From Escherichia coli (lineage in GTDB: Bacteria > Pseudomonadota > Gammaproteobacteria > Enterobacterales > Enterobacteriaceae), in NCBI RefSeq assembly GCF_003018255.1, contig NZ_CP027440.1: a DNA stretch of 64,000 nt; one strand, given 5' to 3'. Position 1 is the stretch's first letter. Each line of letters starts with the position of its first letter. Under the pieces are notes generated by a model. That model searched no databases and was not told the DNA's origin. It saw only the letters and a list, made by a program, of their open reading frames with translations. Shown piece after piece: positions 10,296 through 26,604 of this stretch. The translations under genes and the position numbers were made by a program.

Positions 10296-11465
10296 ATGAG
10301 CGACACAACGATCCTGCAAAACAGTACCCATGTCATTAAACCGAAAAAATCGGTGGCGCTTTCTGGCGTTCCGGCGGGCAATACGGCGCTCTGCACCGTG
10401 GGTAAAAGCGGCAATGATTTGCATTACCGCGGCTACGACATTCTTGATCTGGCGGAACATTGCGAATTTGAAGAAGTGGCGCATCTGCTGATCCACGGCA
10501 AACTGCCGACCCGTGACGAACTCGCCGCCTACAAAACGAAACTGAAAGCCCTGCGCGGTTTACCGGCTAACGTGCGTACCGTGCTGGAAGCCTTACCGGC
10601 GGCGTCACACCCGATGGATGTTATGCGCACCGGCGTTTCCGCGCTCGGCTGCACGCTGCCAGAAAAAGAGGGGCATACCGTCTCTGGCGCGCGGGATATT
10701 GCCGACAAACTGCTGGCGTCACTTAGCTCGATTCTTCTCTACTGGTATCACTACAGCCACAACGGCGAACGCATTCAGCCGGAAACCGATGACGACTCCA
10801 TCGGCGGTCACTTCCTGCATCTGCTGCACGGCGAAAAGCCGTCGCAAAGCTGGGAAAAGGCGATGCATATTTCGCTGGTGCTGTACGCCGAACACGAGTT
10901 TAACGCCTCCACCTTTACCAGCCGGGTGATTGCGGGCACCGGCTCTGATATGTATTCCGCGATTATTGGCGCGATTGGTGCACTGCGCGGGCCGAAGCAC
11001 GGCGGGGCGAATGAAGTGTCGCTGGAGATCCAGCAACGCTACGAAACGCCGGACGAAGCCGAAGCCGATATCCGCAAGCGGGTGGAAAACAAAGAAGTGG
11101 TCATTGGTTTTGGTCATCCGGTTTATACCATCGCCGACCCGCGTCATCAGGTGATCAAACGTGTGGCGAAGCAGCTCTCGCAGGAAGGCGGCTCGCTGAA
11201 GATGTACAACATCGCCGATCGCCTGGAAACGGTGATGTGGGAGAGCAAAAAGATGTTCCCCAATCTCGACTGGTTCTCCGCTGTTTCCTACAACATGATG
11301 GGCGTTCCCACCGAGATGTTCACCCCACTGTTTGTTATCGCCCGCGTCACCGGCTGGGCGGCGCACATTATCGAACAACGTCAGGACAACAAAATTATCC
11401 GTCCTTCCGCCAATTATGTTGGACCGGAAGACCGCCAGTTTGTCGCGCTGGATAAGCGCCAGTAA
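10296..11465 (+). CDS. prpC: 2-methylcitrate synthase
   Basis: 389 aa citrate-synthase family protein. Confidence 0.95.
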   Translation: MSDTTILQNSTHVIKPKKSVALSGVPAGNTALCTVGKSGNDLHYRGYDILDLAEHCEFEEVAHLLIHGKLPTRDELAAYKTKLKALRGLPANVRTVLEALPAASHPMDVMRTGVSALGCTLPEKEGHTVSGARDIADKLLASLSSILLYWYHYSHNGERIQPETDDDSIGGHFLHLLHGEKPSQSWEKAMHISLVLYAEHEFNASTFTSRVIAGTGSDMYSAIIGAIGALRGPKHGGANEVSLEIQQRYETPDEAEADIRKRVENKEVVIGFGHPVYTIADPRHQVIKRVAKQLSQEGGSLKMYNIADRLETVMWESKKMFPNLDWFSAVSYNMMGVPTEMFTPLFVIARVTGWAAHIIEQRQDNKIIRPSANYVGPEDRQFVALDKRQ

Positions 11466-11498
11466 ACCTCTACGAATAACAATAAGGAAACGTACCCA

Positions 11499-12950
11499 AT
11501 GTCAGCTCAAATCAACAACATCCGCCCGGAATTTGATCGTGAAATCGTTGATATCGTCGATTACGTGATGAACTACGAAATCAGCTCCAAAGTAGCCTAC
11601 GACACCGCACATTACTGCCTGCTCGACACGCTCGGCTGCGGTCTTGAAGCTCTCGAATACCCAGCCTGTAAAAAACTGCTGGGGCCAATTGTCCCCGGCA
11701 CCGTCGTACCTAACGGCGTGCGCGTCCCCGGAACTCAGTTCCAGCTCGACCCCGTCCAGGCGGCATTTAACATCGGCGCGATGATCCGTTGGCTCGATTT
11801 CAACGATACCTGGCTGGCGGCGGAGTGGGGGCATCCTTCCGACAACCTCGGCGGCATTCTGGCAACGGCAGACTGGCTTTCGCGCAACGCGGTCGCCAGC
11901 GGCAAAGCGCCGTTGACCATGAAACAGGTGCTGACCGCAATGATCAAAGCCCATGAAATTCAGGGCTGCATCGCGCTGGAAAACTCCTTTAACCGCGTCG
12001 GCCTCGACCACGTTCTGTTAGTGAAAGTGGCTTCCACCGCCGTGGTCGCCGAAATGCTCGGCCTGACCCGCGAGGAAATTCTCAACGCCGTTTCGCTGGC
12101 ATGGGTAGACGGACAGTCGCTGCGCACCTATCGTCATGCACCGAACACCGGCACGCGTAAATCCTGGGCGGCGGGCGATGCCACTTCCCGCGCGGTACGT
12201 CTGGCACTGATGGCGAAAACGGGCGAAATGGGTTACCCGTCAGCCCTGACTGCGCCTGTGTGGGGCTTCTACGACGTCTCCTTCAAAGGTGAATCGTTCC
12301 GCTTCCAGCGCCCGTACGGTTCTTACGTCATGGAAAATGTGCTGTTCAAAATCTCCTTCCCGGCGGAGTTCCACTCCCAGACGGCAGTTGAAGCAGCGAT
12401 GACGCTCTATGAACAGATGCAGGCAGCAGGCAAAACGGCGGCAGATATCGAAAAAGTGACCATTCGCACCCACGAAGCCTGTATTCGCATCATCGACAAA
12501 AAAGGACCGCTCAATAACCCGGCAGACCGCGATCACTGCATTCAGTACATGGTGGCGATCCCGCTGCTATTCGGGCGCTTAACGGCGGCAGATTACGAGG
12601 ACAACGTTGCGCAAGATAAACGCATTGACGCCCTGCGCGAGAAGATCAATTGCTTTGAAGATCCGGCATTTACTGCTGACTACCACGACCCGGAAAAACG
12701 CGCCATCGCCAATGCCATTACCCTTGAGTTCACCGACGGCACACGATTTGAAGAAGTGGTGGTGGAGTACCCAATTGGTCATGCTCGCCGCCGTCAGGAT
12801 GGTATTCCGAAACTGGTCGATAAATTCAAAATCAATCTCGCGCGCCAGTTCCCGACTCGCCAACAGCAGCGCATTCTGGAGGTTTCTCTCGACAGAACTC
12901 GCCTGGAACAGATGCCGGTCAATGAGTATCTCGACCTGTACGTCATTTAA
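11499..12950 (+). CDS. prpD: 2-methylcitrate dehydratase
   Basis: 483 aa MmgE/PrpD family protein. Confidence 0.95.
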   Translation: MSAQINNIRPEFDREIVDIVDYVMNYEISSKVAYDTAHYCLLDTLGCGLEALEYPACKKLLGPIVPGTVVPNGVRVPGTQFQLDPVQAAFNIGAMIRWLDFNDTWLAAEWGHPSDNLGGILATADWLSRNAVASGKAPLTMKQVLTAMIKAHEIQGCIALENSFNRVGLDHVLLVKVASTAVVAEMLGLTREEILNAVSLAWVDGQSLRTYRHAPNTGTRKSWAAGDATSRAVRLALMAKTGEMGYPSALTAPVWGFYDVSFKGESFRFQRPYGSYVMENVLFKISFPAEFHSQTAVEAAMTLYEQMQAAGKTAADIEKVTIRTHEACIRIIDKKGPLNNPADRDHCIQYMVAIPLLFGRLTAADYEDNVAQDKRIDALREKINCFEDPAFTADYHDPEKRAIANAITLEFTDGTRFEEVVVEYPIGHARRRQDGIPKLVDKFKINLARQFPTRQQQRILEVSLDRTRLEQMPVNEYLDLYVI

Positions 12951-12989
12951 GTAAACGGCGGTAAGGCGTAAGTTCAACAGGAGAGCATT

Positions 12990-14876
12990 ATGTCTTTTAG
13001 CGAATTTTATCAGCGTTCGATTAACGAACCGGAGAAGTTCTGGGCCGAGCAGGCCCGGCGTATTGACTGGCAGACGCCCTTTACGCAAACGCTTGATCAC
13101 AGCAATCCGCCGTTTGCCCGTTGGTTTTGTGAAGGCCGAACCAACTTGTGTCACAACGCTATCGACCGCTGGCTGGAGAAACAGCCAGAGGCGCTGGCGC
13201 TGATTGCCGTCTCTTCGGAAACAGAAGAAGAGCGCACCTTTACCTTTCGTCAGCTGCATGACGAAGTGAACGCGGTGGCCTCAATGTTGCGTTCATTGGG
13301 TGTGCAGCGTGGCGATCGGGTGCTGGTGTATATGCCGATGATTGCCGAAGCACATATTACCCTGCTGGCTTGCGCGCGCATTGGCGCTATTCACTCGGTG
13401 GTGTTTGGGGGATTTGCCTCGCACAGCGTGGCGGCGCGAATTGATGATGCTAAACCGGTGCTGATTGTCTCGGCTGATGCCGGAGCGCGCGGTGGCAAAA
13501 TCATTCCCTATAAAAAATTGCTCGACGATGCGATAAGTCAGGCGCAGCATCAGCCGCGCCACGTTTTACTGGTGGATCGCGGACTGGCGAAAATGGCGCG
13601 CGTCAGCGGGCGGGATGTCGATTTCGCGTCGTTGCGCCATCAACACATCGGCGCGCGGGTGCCGGTGGCATGGCTGGAATCCAACGAAACCTCCTGCATT
13701 CTCTACACCTCCGGCACGACCGGCAAACCTAAAGGTGTGCAGCGTGATGTCGGCGGATATGCGGTGGCGCTGGCGACCTCGATGGACACCATTTTTGGCG
13801 GCAAAGCGGGCGGCGTGTTCTTTTGTGCTTCGGATATCGGCTGGGTGGTAGGGCATTCGTATATCGTTTACGCGCCGCTGCTGGCGGGGATGGCGACTAT
13901 CGTTTACGAAGGATTGCCGACCTGGCCGGACTGCGGCGTGTGGTGGAAAATTGTCGAGAAATATCAGGTTAGCCGCATGTTCTCAGCGCCGACCGCCATT
14001 CGCGTGCTGAAAAAATTCCCTACCGCTGAAATTCGCAAACACGATCTTTCGTCGCTGGAAGTGCTCTATCTGGCTGGAGAACCGCTGGACGAGCCGACCG
14101 CCAGTTGGGTGAGCAATACGCTGGATGTGCCGGTCATCGACAACTACTGGCAGACCGAATCCGGCTGGCCGATTATGGCGATTGCTCGCGGTCTGGATGA
14201 CAGACCGACGCGTCTGGGAAGCCCCGGCGTGCCGATGTATGGCTATAACGTGCAGTTGCTCAATGAAGTCACCGGCGAACCGTGTGGCGTCAATGAGAAA
14301 GGGATGCTGGTAGTGGAGGGGCCATTGCCGCCAGGCTGTATTCAAACCATCTGGGGCGACGACGACCGCTTTGTGAAGACGTACTGGTCGCTGTTTTCCC
14401 GTCCGGTGTACGCCACTTTTGACTGGGGCATCCGCGATGCTGACGGTTATCACTTTATTCTCGGGCGCACTGACGATGTGATTAACGTTGCCGGACATCG
14501 GCTGGGTACGCGTGAGATTGAAGAGAGTATCTCCAGTCATCCGGGCGTTGCCGAAGTGGCGGTGGTTGGGGTGAAAGATGCGCTGAAAGGGCAGGTGGCG
14601 GTGGCGTTTGTCATTCCGAAAGAGAGCGACAGTCTGGAAGACCGTGAGGTGGCGCACTTGCAAGAGAAGGCAATTATGGCGCTGGTAGACAGCCAGATTG
14701 GCAACTTTGGCCGCCCGGCGCACGTCTGGTTTGTCTCGCAATTGCCAAAAACGCGATCCGGAAAAATGCTGCGCCGCACGATCCAGGCGATTTGCGAAGG
14801 ACGCGATCCTGGAGATCTGACGACCATTGATGATCCGGCGTCGTTGGATCAGATCCGCCAGGCGATGGAAGAGTAG
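12990..14876 (+). CDS. prpE: propionyl-CoA synthetase
   Basis: 628 aa acyl-CoA synthetase with AMP-binding motif YTSGTTGKPKG. Confidence 0.95.
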   Translation: MSFSEFYQRSINEPEKFWAEQARRIDWQTPFTQTLDHSNPPFARWFCEGRTNLCHNAIDRWLEKQPEALALIAVSSETEEERTFTFRQLHDEVNAVASMLRSLGVQRGDRVLVYMPMIAEAHITLLACARIGAIHSVVFGGFASHSVAARIDDAKPVLIVSADAGARGGKIIPYKKLLDDAISQAQHQPRHVLLVDRGLAKMARVSGRDVDFASLRHQHIGARVPVAWLESNETSCILYTSGTTGKPKGVQRDVGGYAVALATSMDTIFGGKAGGVFFCASDIGWVVGHSYIVYAPLLAGMATIVYEGLPTWPDCGVWWKIVEKYQVSRMFSAPTAIRVLKKFPTAEIRKHDLSSLEVLYLAGEPLDEPTASWVSNTLDVPVIDNYWQTESGWPIMAIARGLDDRPTRLGSPGVPMYGYNVQLLNEVTGEPCGVNEKGMLVVEGPLPPGCIQTIWGDDDRFVKTYWSLFSRPVYATFDWGIRDADGYHFILGRTDDVINVAGHRLGTREIEESISSHPGVAEVAVVGVKDALKGQVAVAFVIPKESDSLEDREVAHLQEKAIMALVDSQIGNFGRPAHVWFVSQLPKTRSGKMLRRTIQAICEGRDPGDLTTIDDPASLDQIRQAMEE

Positions 14877-15143
14877 GTCGGATAAGGCGCTCGCGCCGCA
14901 TCCGACACCGTGCGCAGATGCCTGATGCGACGCTGACGCGTCTTATCATGCCTACAGGCCTGAACCGTAGGTCGGATAAGGCGCTCGCGCCGCATCCGAC
15001 ACCGTGCGCAGATGCCTGATGCGACGCTGACGCGTCTTATCATGCCTACAGGCCTGAACCGTAGGTCGGATAAGGCGCTCGCGCCGCATCCGACACCATG
15101 CGCCGATGCCTGATGCGACGCTTACGCGTCTTATCATGCCTAC
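14873..15143. repeat. tandem BIME array: three ~94-bp units each carrying inverted REP palindromes
   Basis: The unit gtaggtcggataaggcgctcgcgccgcatccgaca...gatgcctgatgcgacgctgacgcgtcttatcatgcctac restarts at 14873, 14967 and 15061. Confidence 0.9.
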
Positions 15144-15293
15144 CCACTGTTTTTACACAGATAAGTTTCCCCCGCCTTTTTGTACTCATTCATATAAGAA
15201 ATATATCCCCATACGAAAACGATTGCTTTTTATCTTCAGATGAATAGAATGCGGCGGATTTTTGGGTTTCAAACAGCAAAAAGGGGGAATTTC

Positions 15294-16553
15294 GTGTCGC
15301 AAGATAACAACTTTAGCCAGGGGCCAGTCCCGCAGTCGGCGCGGAAAGGGGTATTGGCATTGACGTTCGTCATGCTGGGATTAACCTTCTTTTCCGCCAG
15401 TATGTGGACCGGCGGCACTCTCGGAACCGGTCTTAGCTATCATGATTTCTTCCTCGCAGTCCTCATCGGTAATCTTCTCCTCGGTATTTACACTTCATTT
15501 CTTGGTTACATTGGCGCAAAAACCGGCCTGACCACTCATCTTCTTGCTCGCTTCTCTTTTGGTGTTAAAGGCTCATGGCTGCCTTCACTGCTGCTGGGCG
15601 GCACCCAGGTTGGCTGGTTTGGCGTTGGCGTGGCGATGTTTGCCATTCCGGTGGGCAAGGCAACCGGGCTGGATATTAATTTGCTGATTGCCGTTTCCGG
15701 TTTACTGATGACCGTCACCGTCTTCTTTGGCATTTCGGCGCTGACGGTTCTTTCGGTGATTGCGGTTCCGGCTATCGCCTGCCTTGGCGGTTATTCCGTG
15801 TGGCTGGCCGTTAATGGCATGGGCGGCCTGGACGCATTAAAAGCGGTCGTTCCCGCACAACCGTTAGATTTCAATGTCGCGCTGGCGCTGGTTGTGGGGT
15901 CATTTATCAGTGCGGGCACGCTCACCGCTGACTTTGTCCGGTTTGGTCGTAATGCCAAACTGGCGGTGCTGGTGGCGATGGTGGCCTTTTTCCTCGGCAA
16001 CTCGTTGATGTTTATTTTCGGTGCAGCGGGCGCTGCGGCACTGGGGATGGCGGATATCTCTGATGTGATGATTGCTCAGGGCCTGCTGCTGCCTGCGATT
16101 GTGGTGCTGGGGCTGAATATCTGGACCACCAACGATAACGCGCTCTATGCGTCGGGTTTAGGTTTCGCCAACATTACTGGTATGTCGAGTAAAACCCTTT
16201 CGGTAATCAACGGTATTATCGGTACGGTCTGCGCATTATGGCTGTATAACAATTTTGTCGGCTGGCTGACCTTCCTTTCGGCAGCTATTCCTCCGGTAGG
16301 GGGCGTGATCATCGCTGACTATCTGATGAACCGTCGCCGCTATGAGCACTTTGCGACCACGCGTATGATGAGTGTCAATTGGGTGGCGATTCTGGCGGTC
16401 GCCTTGGGGATTGCCGCAGGCCACTGGTTACCGGGTATTGTTCCGGTCAACGCGGTATTAGGTGGCGCGCTGAGCTATCTGATCCTTAACCCGATTTTGA
16501 ATCGCAAAACGACGGCTGCAATGACGCATGTGGAGGCTAACAGTGTCGAATAA
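15294..16553 (+). CDS. codB: cytosine permease
   Basis: 419 aa from GTG 15294 (N-terminus [10 protein letters not shown]) preceded by AAGGGGGAA; track ORF starts 18 codons further upstream. Confidence 0.9.
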   Translation: MSQDNNFSQGPVPQSARKGVLALTFVMLGLTFFSASMWTGGTLGTGLSYHDFFLAVLIGNLLLGIYTSFLGYIGAKTGLTTHLLARFSFGVKGSWLPSLLLGGTQVGWFGVGVAMFAIPVGKATGLDINLLIAVSGLLMTVTVFFGISALTVLSVIAVPAIACLGGYSVWLAVNGMGGLDALKAVVPAQPLDFNVALALVVGSFISAGTLTADFVRFGRNAKLAVLVAMVAFFLGNSLMFIFGAAGAAALGMADISDVMIAQGLLLPAIVVLGLNIWTTNDNALYASGLGFANITGMSSKTLSVINGIIGTVCALWLYNNFVGWLTFLSAAIPPVGGVIIADYLMNRRRYEHFATTRMMSVNWVAILAVALGIAAGHWLPGIVPVNAVLGGALSYLILNPILNRKTTAAMTHVEANSVE

Positions 16554-17826
16554 CGCTTTACAGACAATTATTAACGCCCGGTTACCCGGCAAAGAGGGGC
16601 TGTGGCAGATTCATCTGCTGGACGGAAAAATCAGCGCCATTGATGCGCAATCCGGGGTGATGCCCATAACTGAAAACAGCCTGGATGCCGAACAAGGTTT
16701 AGTTATACCGCCGTTTGTGGAGCCGCATATTCACCTGGACACCACGCAAACCGCCGGACAACCGAACTGGAATCAGTCCGGCACGCTGTTTGAAGGCATT
16801 GAACGCTGGGCCGAGCGCAAAGCGTTATTAACCCATGACGATGTGAAACAACGCGCCTGGCAAACGCTGAAATGGCAGATTGCCAACGGCATTCAGCATG
16901 TGCGTACCCATGTCGATGTTTCGGATGCAACGCTGACTGCGCTGAAAGCAATGCTGGAAGTGAAGCAGGAAGTCGCGCCGTGGATTGATCTGCAAATCGT
17001 CGCCTTCCCGCAGGAAGGGATTTTGTCGTATCCCAACGGTGAAGCGTTGCTGGAAGAGGCGTTACGCTTAGGGGCTGACGTAGTGGGGGCGATTCCGCAT
17101 TTTGAATTTACCCGTGAATACGGCGTGGAGTCGCTGCATAAAACCTTCGCCCTGGCGCAAAAATACGACCGTCTCATCGACGTTCACTGTGATGAGATCG
17201 ATGACGAGCAGTCGCGCTTTGTCGAAACCGTTGCTGCCCTGGCGCACCGTGAAGGAATGGGCGCGCGAGTCACCGCCAGCCACACCACGGCAATGCACTC
17301 CTATAACGGGGCGTATACCTCACGCCTGTTCCGCTTGCTGAAAATGTCCGGTATTAACTTTGTCGCCAACCCGCTGGTCAATATCCATCTGCAAGGACGT
17401 TTCGATACCTATCCAAAACGTCGCGGCATCACGCGCGTTAAAGAGATGCTGGAGTCCGGCATTAACGTCTGCTTTGGTCACGATGATGTCTTCGATCCGT
17501 GGTATCCGCTGGGAACGGCGAATATGCTGCAAGTGCTGCATATGGGGCTGCATGTTTGCCAGCTGATGGGCTACGGGCAGATTAACGATGGCCTGAATTT
17601 AATCACCCACCACAGTGCCAGGACGTTGAATTTGCAGGATTACGGCATTGCCGCCGGAAACAGCGCCAACCTGATTATCCTGCCGGCTGAAAATGGGTTT
17701 GACGCGCTGCGCCGTCAGGTTCCTGTACGTTATTCGGTACGTGGCGGTAAGGTGATTGCCAGCACCCAACCAGCACAAACCACCGTATATCTGGAGCAGC
17801 CAGAAGCCATCGATTACAAACGGTGA
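16543..17826 (+). CDS. codA: cytosine deaminase
   Basis: 427 aa from GTG 16543 (N-terminus [15 protein letters not shown]); overlaps the codB 3' end by 11 bp. Confidence 0.92.
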   Translation: MSNNALQTIINARLPGKEGLWQIHLLDGKISAIDAQSGVMPITENSLDAEQGLVIPPFVEPHIHLDTTQTAGQPNWNQSGTLFEGIERWAERKALLTHDDVKQRAWQTLKWQIANGIQHVRTHVDVSDATLTALKAMLEVKQEVAPWIDLQIVAFPQEGILSYPNGEALLEEALRLGADVVGAIPHFEFTREYGVESLHKTFALAQKYDRLIDVHCDEIDDEQSRFVETVAALAHREGMGARVTASHTTAMHSYNGAYTSRLFRLLKMSGINFVANPLVNIHLQGRFDTYPKRRGITRVKEMLESGINVCFGHDDVFDPWYPLGTANMLQVLHMGLHVCQLMGYGQINDGLNLITHHSARTLNLQDYGIAAGNSANLIILPAENGFDALRRQVPVRYSVRGGKVIASTQPAQTTVYLEQPEAIDYKR

Positions 17827-17863
17827 TCGGCTGGGCTGTGTGTTGACAAAGCGAGCGTAGTTT

Positions 17864-17946
17864 ATGCCGGATGCGGCGTGAACGCCTTATCCGGCCTACG
17901 TAGAGCACTGAACTCGTAGGCCTGATAAGCGTAGCGCATCAGGCAA
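17864..17946. repeat. REP pair (BIME) downstream of codA
   Basis: gccggatgcggcgtgaacgccttatccggcctac ... gtaggcctgataagcgtagcgcatcaggca. Confidence 0.8.
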
Positions 17947-17958
17947 TTGTGTCAGTGG

Positions 17959-18858
17959 TTACCGCGATTCATTTCCGCCAACAACCGCGCATTTATCCAA
18001 CGCCATGTGCAAAAATGCCTTCGCGGCGGCTGTCTGCCAGCTATTTTTCCGCCGCAACAAAACCGCCGTTCTCTCCAGTAGTGGCGGGGCAAGGGATATA
18101 GCTTTAAGCCCGTCATGTTGTGTGGCAATCGCTGCTGGCAACAATGTGGAAAGGGAAGTGCGGCGAATCAGCTCCAGAACCGCGCTAATTGAGTTCGCCT
18201 CAATGACCACCTGTGGATGTAGCCCCGCTTTCTCGCAGTAGTGGTCAATTTGCTCTCTGGTGGCAAATTCCGCGCTGAGCAGGACCAGTTTTTCATCATG
18301 CAAGCGACTCAACGCCACCTGTTCACAGGCAGCCAGCGGATGATGTTGCGCCACGACTAACGCTAAACTTTCTGTCAGTAAAGGAATTGCCTCCAGCTCC
18401 GGCGAATGCACAGGCGCGAAGGCAATCCCAACGTCCAACTCGTCGCGGCAAAGCAGATCTTCGATTTTCTCCTGCGACATTTCCTGTAGCTGGAGCGTGA
18501 TGCCGGGGTAGCGCGCATAGAAATCCGCCATTAAAGGGCCGATAAAGTAGCTTGTAAAGGTGGGAGTGACGGCGATACGCAGCGATCCTCGCGTCAGATC
18601 GGCAACATCATGAATCGCCCGTTTACCCGCCCCCAGTTCCTGTAACGCCCGGCTGGCGTACTGTCGCCAGACTTCTCCTGCATCAGTGAGACGAATCGTT
18701 CGCCCGCTACGGTCAAACAGCGGCACGCCCAAACTTTCCTCTAACTGGCGAATCTGCTGGGAAAGCGCAGGCTGGGAGACGTGCAACGCACTGGCTGCAC
18801 GGGTGAAGCTGCCATGTTCAGCCACGGCAAGAAAGTAATTGATATGTCGAGAGAGCAT
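17959..18858 (-). CDS. cynR: LysR-family activator of the cyanate operon
   Basis: 299 aa from ATG at 18856-18858 (N-terminus MLSRHINYF); divergent from cynT. Confidence 0.92.
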   Translation of the reverse strand: MLSRHINYFLAVAEHGSFTRAASALHVSQPALSQQIRQLEESLGVPLFDRSGRTIRLTDAGEVWRQYASRALQELGAGKRAIHDVADLTRGSLRIAVTPTFTSYFIGPLMADFYARYPGITLQLQEMSQEKIEDLLCRDELDVGIAFAPVHSPELEAIPLLTESLALVVAQHHPLAACEQVALSRLHDEKLVLLSAEFATREQIDHYCEKAGLHPQVVIEANSISAVLELIRRTSLSTLLPAAIATQHDGLKAISLAPPLLERTAVLLRRKNSWQTAAAKAFLHMALDKCAVVGGNESR

Positions 18859-18967
18859 TCGCCAACCTATAAGTAAATCCAATAGAACTCATCATAAATG
18901 AGTCTTTTACCTTATGACAATCGGCGAGTAGTCTGCCTCTCATTCCAGAGACAGACAGAGGTTAACG

Positions 18968-19627
18968 GTGAAAGAGATTATTGATGGATTCCTTAAATTC
19001 CAGCGCGAGGCATTTCCGAAGCGGGAAGCCTTGTTTAAACAGCTGGCGACACAGCAAAGCCCGCGCACCCTTTTTATCTCCTGCTCCGACAGCCGTCTGG
19101 TCCCTGAGCTGGTGACGCAACGTGAGCCTGGCGATCTGTTCGTTATTCGCAACGCGGGCAATATCGTCCCTTCCTACGGGCCGGAACCCGGTGGCGTTTC
19201 TGCTTCGGTGGAGTATGCCGTCGCTGCGCTTCGGGTATCTGACATTGTGATTTGCGGTCATTCCAACTGTGGCGCGATGACCTCCATTGCCAGCTGTCAG
19301 TGCATGGACCATATGCCTGCCGTCTCCCACTGGCTGCGTTATGCCGATTCAGCCCGCGTCGTTAATGAGGCGCGCCCGCATCCCGATTTACCGTCAAAAG
19401 CTACGGCGATGGTACGTGAAAACGTCATTGCTCAGTTGGCTAATTTGCAAACTCATCCATCGGTGCGCCTGGCGCTCGAAGAGGGGCGGATTGCCCTGCA
19501 CGGCTGGGTCTACGACATTGAAAGCGGCAGCATCGCAGCTTTTGACGGCGCAACCCGCCAGTTTGTGCCACTGGCCGCTAATCCTCGCGTTTGTGCCATA
19601 CCGCTACGCCAACCGACCGCAGCGTAA
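18968..19627 (+). CDS. cynT: beta-class carbonic anhydrase
   Basis: 219 aa, GTG start; CSDSR and HxxCG zinc-ligand motifs. Confidence 0.95.
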   Translation: MKEIIDGFLKFQREAFPKREALFKQLATQQSPRTLFISCSDSRLVPELVTQREPGDLFVIRNAGNIVPSYGPEPGGVSASVEYAVAALRVSDIVICGHSNCGAMTSIASCQCMDHMPAVSHWLRYADSARVVNEARPHPDLPSKATAMVRENVIAQLANLQTHPSVRLALEEGRIALHGWVYDIESGSIAAFDGATRQFVPLAANPRVCAIPLRQPTAA

Positions 19628-19639
19628 CCTTATTTTTAA

Positions 19640-20128
<489 letters not shown>

Positions 20129-20160
20129 CAGCCATGCGCAACCATCAAAAGACGTTCACG

Positions 20161-21315
20161 ATGCTGCTGGTTCTGGTGCTGATTGGTCTTAATATGCGAC
20201 CACTGCTCACCTCCGTCGGGCCACTGCTACCGCAATTGCGCCAGGCAAGCGGAATGAGCTTTAGCGTGGCTGCCCTGTTGACCGCTCTGCCGGTGGTTAC
20301 CATGGGCGGGCTGGCGCTGGCCGGAAGCTGGCTTCATCAGCATGTCAGCGAACGTCGCAGCGTCGCCATCAGTTTGTTACTGATTGCCGTCGGTGCATTG
20401 ATGCGTGAGCTTTACCCCCAAAGTGCGCTGCTGCTTAGCAGCGCACTGCTTGGTGGAGTGGGGATCGGCATCATTCAGGCAGTGATGCCTTCGGTAATTA
20501 AGCGGCGGTTTCAGCACCGTACGCCACTGGTGATGGGGCTGTGGTCCGCGGCTCTAATGGGCGGCGGTGGACTTGGTGCCGCCATTACGCCCTGGTTAGT
20601 TCAACATAGCGAAACCTGGTATCAAACACTCGCCTGGTGGGCGCTGCCTGCCGTTGTTGCGCTCTTTGCCTGGTGGTGGCAAAACGCCCGCGAGGTCGCC
20701 TCTTCTCACAAGACAACAACCACTCCGGTTCGCGTGGTATTTACTCCCCGCGCGTGGACGCTGGGTGTTTACTTCGGTCTGATTAACGGTGGTTACGCCA
20801 GCCTGATTGCCTGGTTACCCGCTTTCTATATTGAGATTGGTGCCAGCGCGCAGTACAGCGGTTCCTTGCTGGCGTTGATGACGCTTGGGCAAGCTGCGGG
20901 GGCATTGCTGATGCCTGCTATGGCTCGCCATCAGGATCGGCGCAAACTTTTGATGCTGGCGCTGGCGTTACAACTGGTGGGTTTCTGCGGCTTTATCTGG
21001 CTGCCGCTGCAATTGCCGGTCTTCTGGGCGATGGTGTGTGGGTTAGGTCTGGGCGGCGCATTTCCGCTCTGTTTGCTGCTGGCGCTCGATCACTCTGCGC
21101 AACCGGCTATTGCTGGCAAACTGGTGGCGTTTATGCAGGGGATCGGTTTTATCATCGCCGGGCTTGCCCCGTGGTTTTCTGGTGTGCTGCGTAGTATCAG
21201 CGGCAATTACTTGATGGACTGGGCGTTTCATGCGCTGTGCGTCGTTGGGTTGATGATCATAACCCTGCGTTTTGCACCAGCACGTTTTCCGCAGCTGTGG
21301 GTCAAAGAGGCATGA
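20161..21315 (+). CDS. cynX: MFS-family cyanate transporter
   Basis: 384 aa from ATG 20161; alternative in-frame ATG at 20134 (track ORF). Confidence 0.85.
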   Translation: MLLVLVLIGLNMRPLLTSVGPLLPQLRQASGMSFSVAALLTALPVVTMGGLALAGSWLHQHVSERRSVAISLLLIAVGALMRELYPQSALLLSSALLGGVGIGIIQAVMPSVIKRRFQHRTPLVMGLWSAALMGGGGLGAAITPWLVQHSETWYQTLAWWALPAVVALFAWWWQNAREVASSHKTTTTPVRVVFTPRAWTLGVYFGLINGGYASLIAWLPAFYIEIGASAQYSGSLLALMTLGQAAGALLMPAMARHQDRRKLLMLALALQLVGFCGFIWLPLQLPVFWAMVCGLGLGGAFPLCLLLALDHSAQPAIAGKLVAFMQGIGFIIAGLAPWFSGVLRSISGNYLMDWAFHALCVVGLMIITLRFAPARFPQLWVKEA

Positions 21316-21406
21316 TGCGACGCTTGTTCCTGCGCTTTGTTTACGTTGGATGCGGCCTACGTAGATCACTGAACTTGTAGGCCTGATAAGCGGAGCGCAT
21401 CAGGCA
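21312..21406. repeat. REP elements downstream of cynX, between convergent cynX and lacA
   Basis: tgatgcgacgctt..., ggatgcggcctacgtag, gtaggcctgataagcggagcgcatcaggca. Confidence 0.75.
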
Positions 21407-21417
21407 ATTTTTATAAT

Positions 21418-22029
21418 TTAAACTGACGATTCAACTTTATAATCTTTGTAATAATAGTGCTTATCCCGGTCGTTTATTTCGCGAATAACCCGGCAAGGAA
21501 CGCCTGCAGCCACGACGTTTGGTGGAATGTCTTTTATGACGACACTACCCGCGCCAATAACAGAATTATCCCCGATGGTGACGCCAGGATTAATGACCAC
21601 ATGACTTCCGATCCAGACGTTATTGCCAATCGTTATCGGAAAAGAGTACATCTCACCGTTTTTTCTCAATTCATGGTGTACAGGGTGTCCCGTAACGGAA
21701 AGAGTAACATTGGGTGCAATCAATACGTTATCACCGATCGTTACCGTGTAGTCGTCTACAATGGTTAAATTGAAATTTGCATAAAAATTGCGGCCTATAT
21801 GGATGTTGGAACCGTAAGAGAAATAGACGGGTGGTTCTACCCAGGCGTTTTCCCCTACCGTGGCAAACATTTCTTTAATCAGGCTTTCTCTTTTTTCAAC
21901 TTCTGATGGATGCGAGTGATTAAACTCATACATTAACGTTTTCCCACGAAGTCTTTTTTCCGGTAAGCCTTCGCACATATCGGTAAATAGCTTGCCTGCT
22001 TTTATTCTTTCGGTCATTGGCATGTTCAT
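21418..22029 (-). CDS. lacA: galactoside O-acetyltransferase
   Basis: 203 aa from ATG at 22027-22029 (N-terminus MNMPMTER); hexapeptide-repeat protein; track ORF is extended upstream through a REP. Confidence 0.93.
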   Translation of the reverse strand: MNMPMTERIKAGKLFTDMCEGLPEKRLRGKTLMYEFNHSHPSEVEKRESLIKEMFATVGENAWVEPPVYFSYGSNIHIGRNFYANFNLTIVDDYTVTIGDNVLIAPNVTLSVTGHPVHHELRKNGEMYSFPITIGNNVWIGSHVVINPGVTIGDNSVIGAGSVVIKDIPPNVVAAGVPCRVIREINDRDKHYYYKDYKVESSV

Positions 22030-22054
22030 TGCGATCATTCCGTCCTGATATGTT

Positions 22055-22086
22055 GGTCGGATAAGGCGCTCGCGCCGCATCCGACA
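22055..22086. repeat. REP element between lacY and lacA
   Basis: ggtcggataaggcgctcgcgccgcatccgaca. Confidence 0.8.
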
Positions 22087-22094
22087 TTAATTGC

Positions 22095-23393
<1,299 letters not shown>

Positions 23394-23399
23394 TTATTA

Positions 23400-26596
<3,197 letters not shown>

Positions 26597-26604
<8 letters not shown>

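Noticed and set aside
10719-11378. 219-aa minus-strand ORF antisense to prpC
   Set aside because: It lies entirely within prpC on the opposite strand; its Arg/His-rich low-complexity translation is typical of GC-rich antisense frames
12579-13259. 226-aa minus-strand ORF spanning the prpD/prpE junction
   Set aside because: Antisense to two confirmed genes, with no start context
13983-14741. 252-aa minus-strand ORF antisense to prpE
   Set aside because: Shadow ORF inside the propionyl-CoA synthetase gene
14674-15137. Three overlapping minus-strand ORFs (61-91 aa) all beginning MIRRVSVASGI...
   Set aside because: They are translations of the tandem BIME/REP repeat units after prpE, not genes
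14873-15143. Possible CRISPR array, because of regularly spaced repeats
   Set aside because: The units are 94-bp imperfect palindromic REP sequences with no unique spacers of uniform length and no cas genes anywhere in the window
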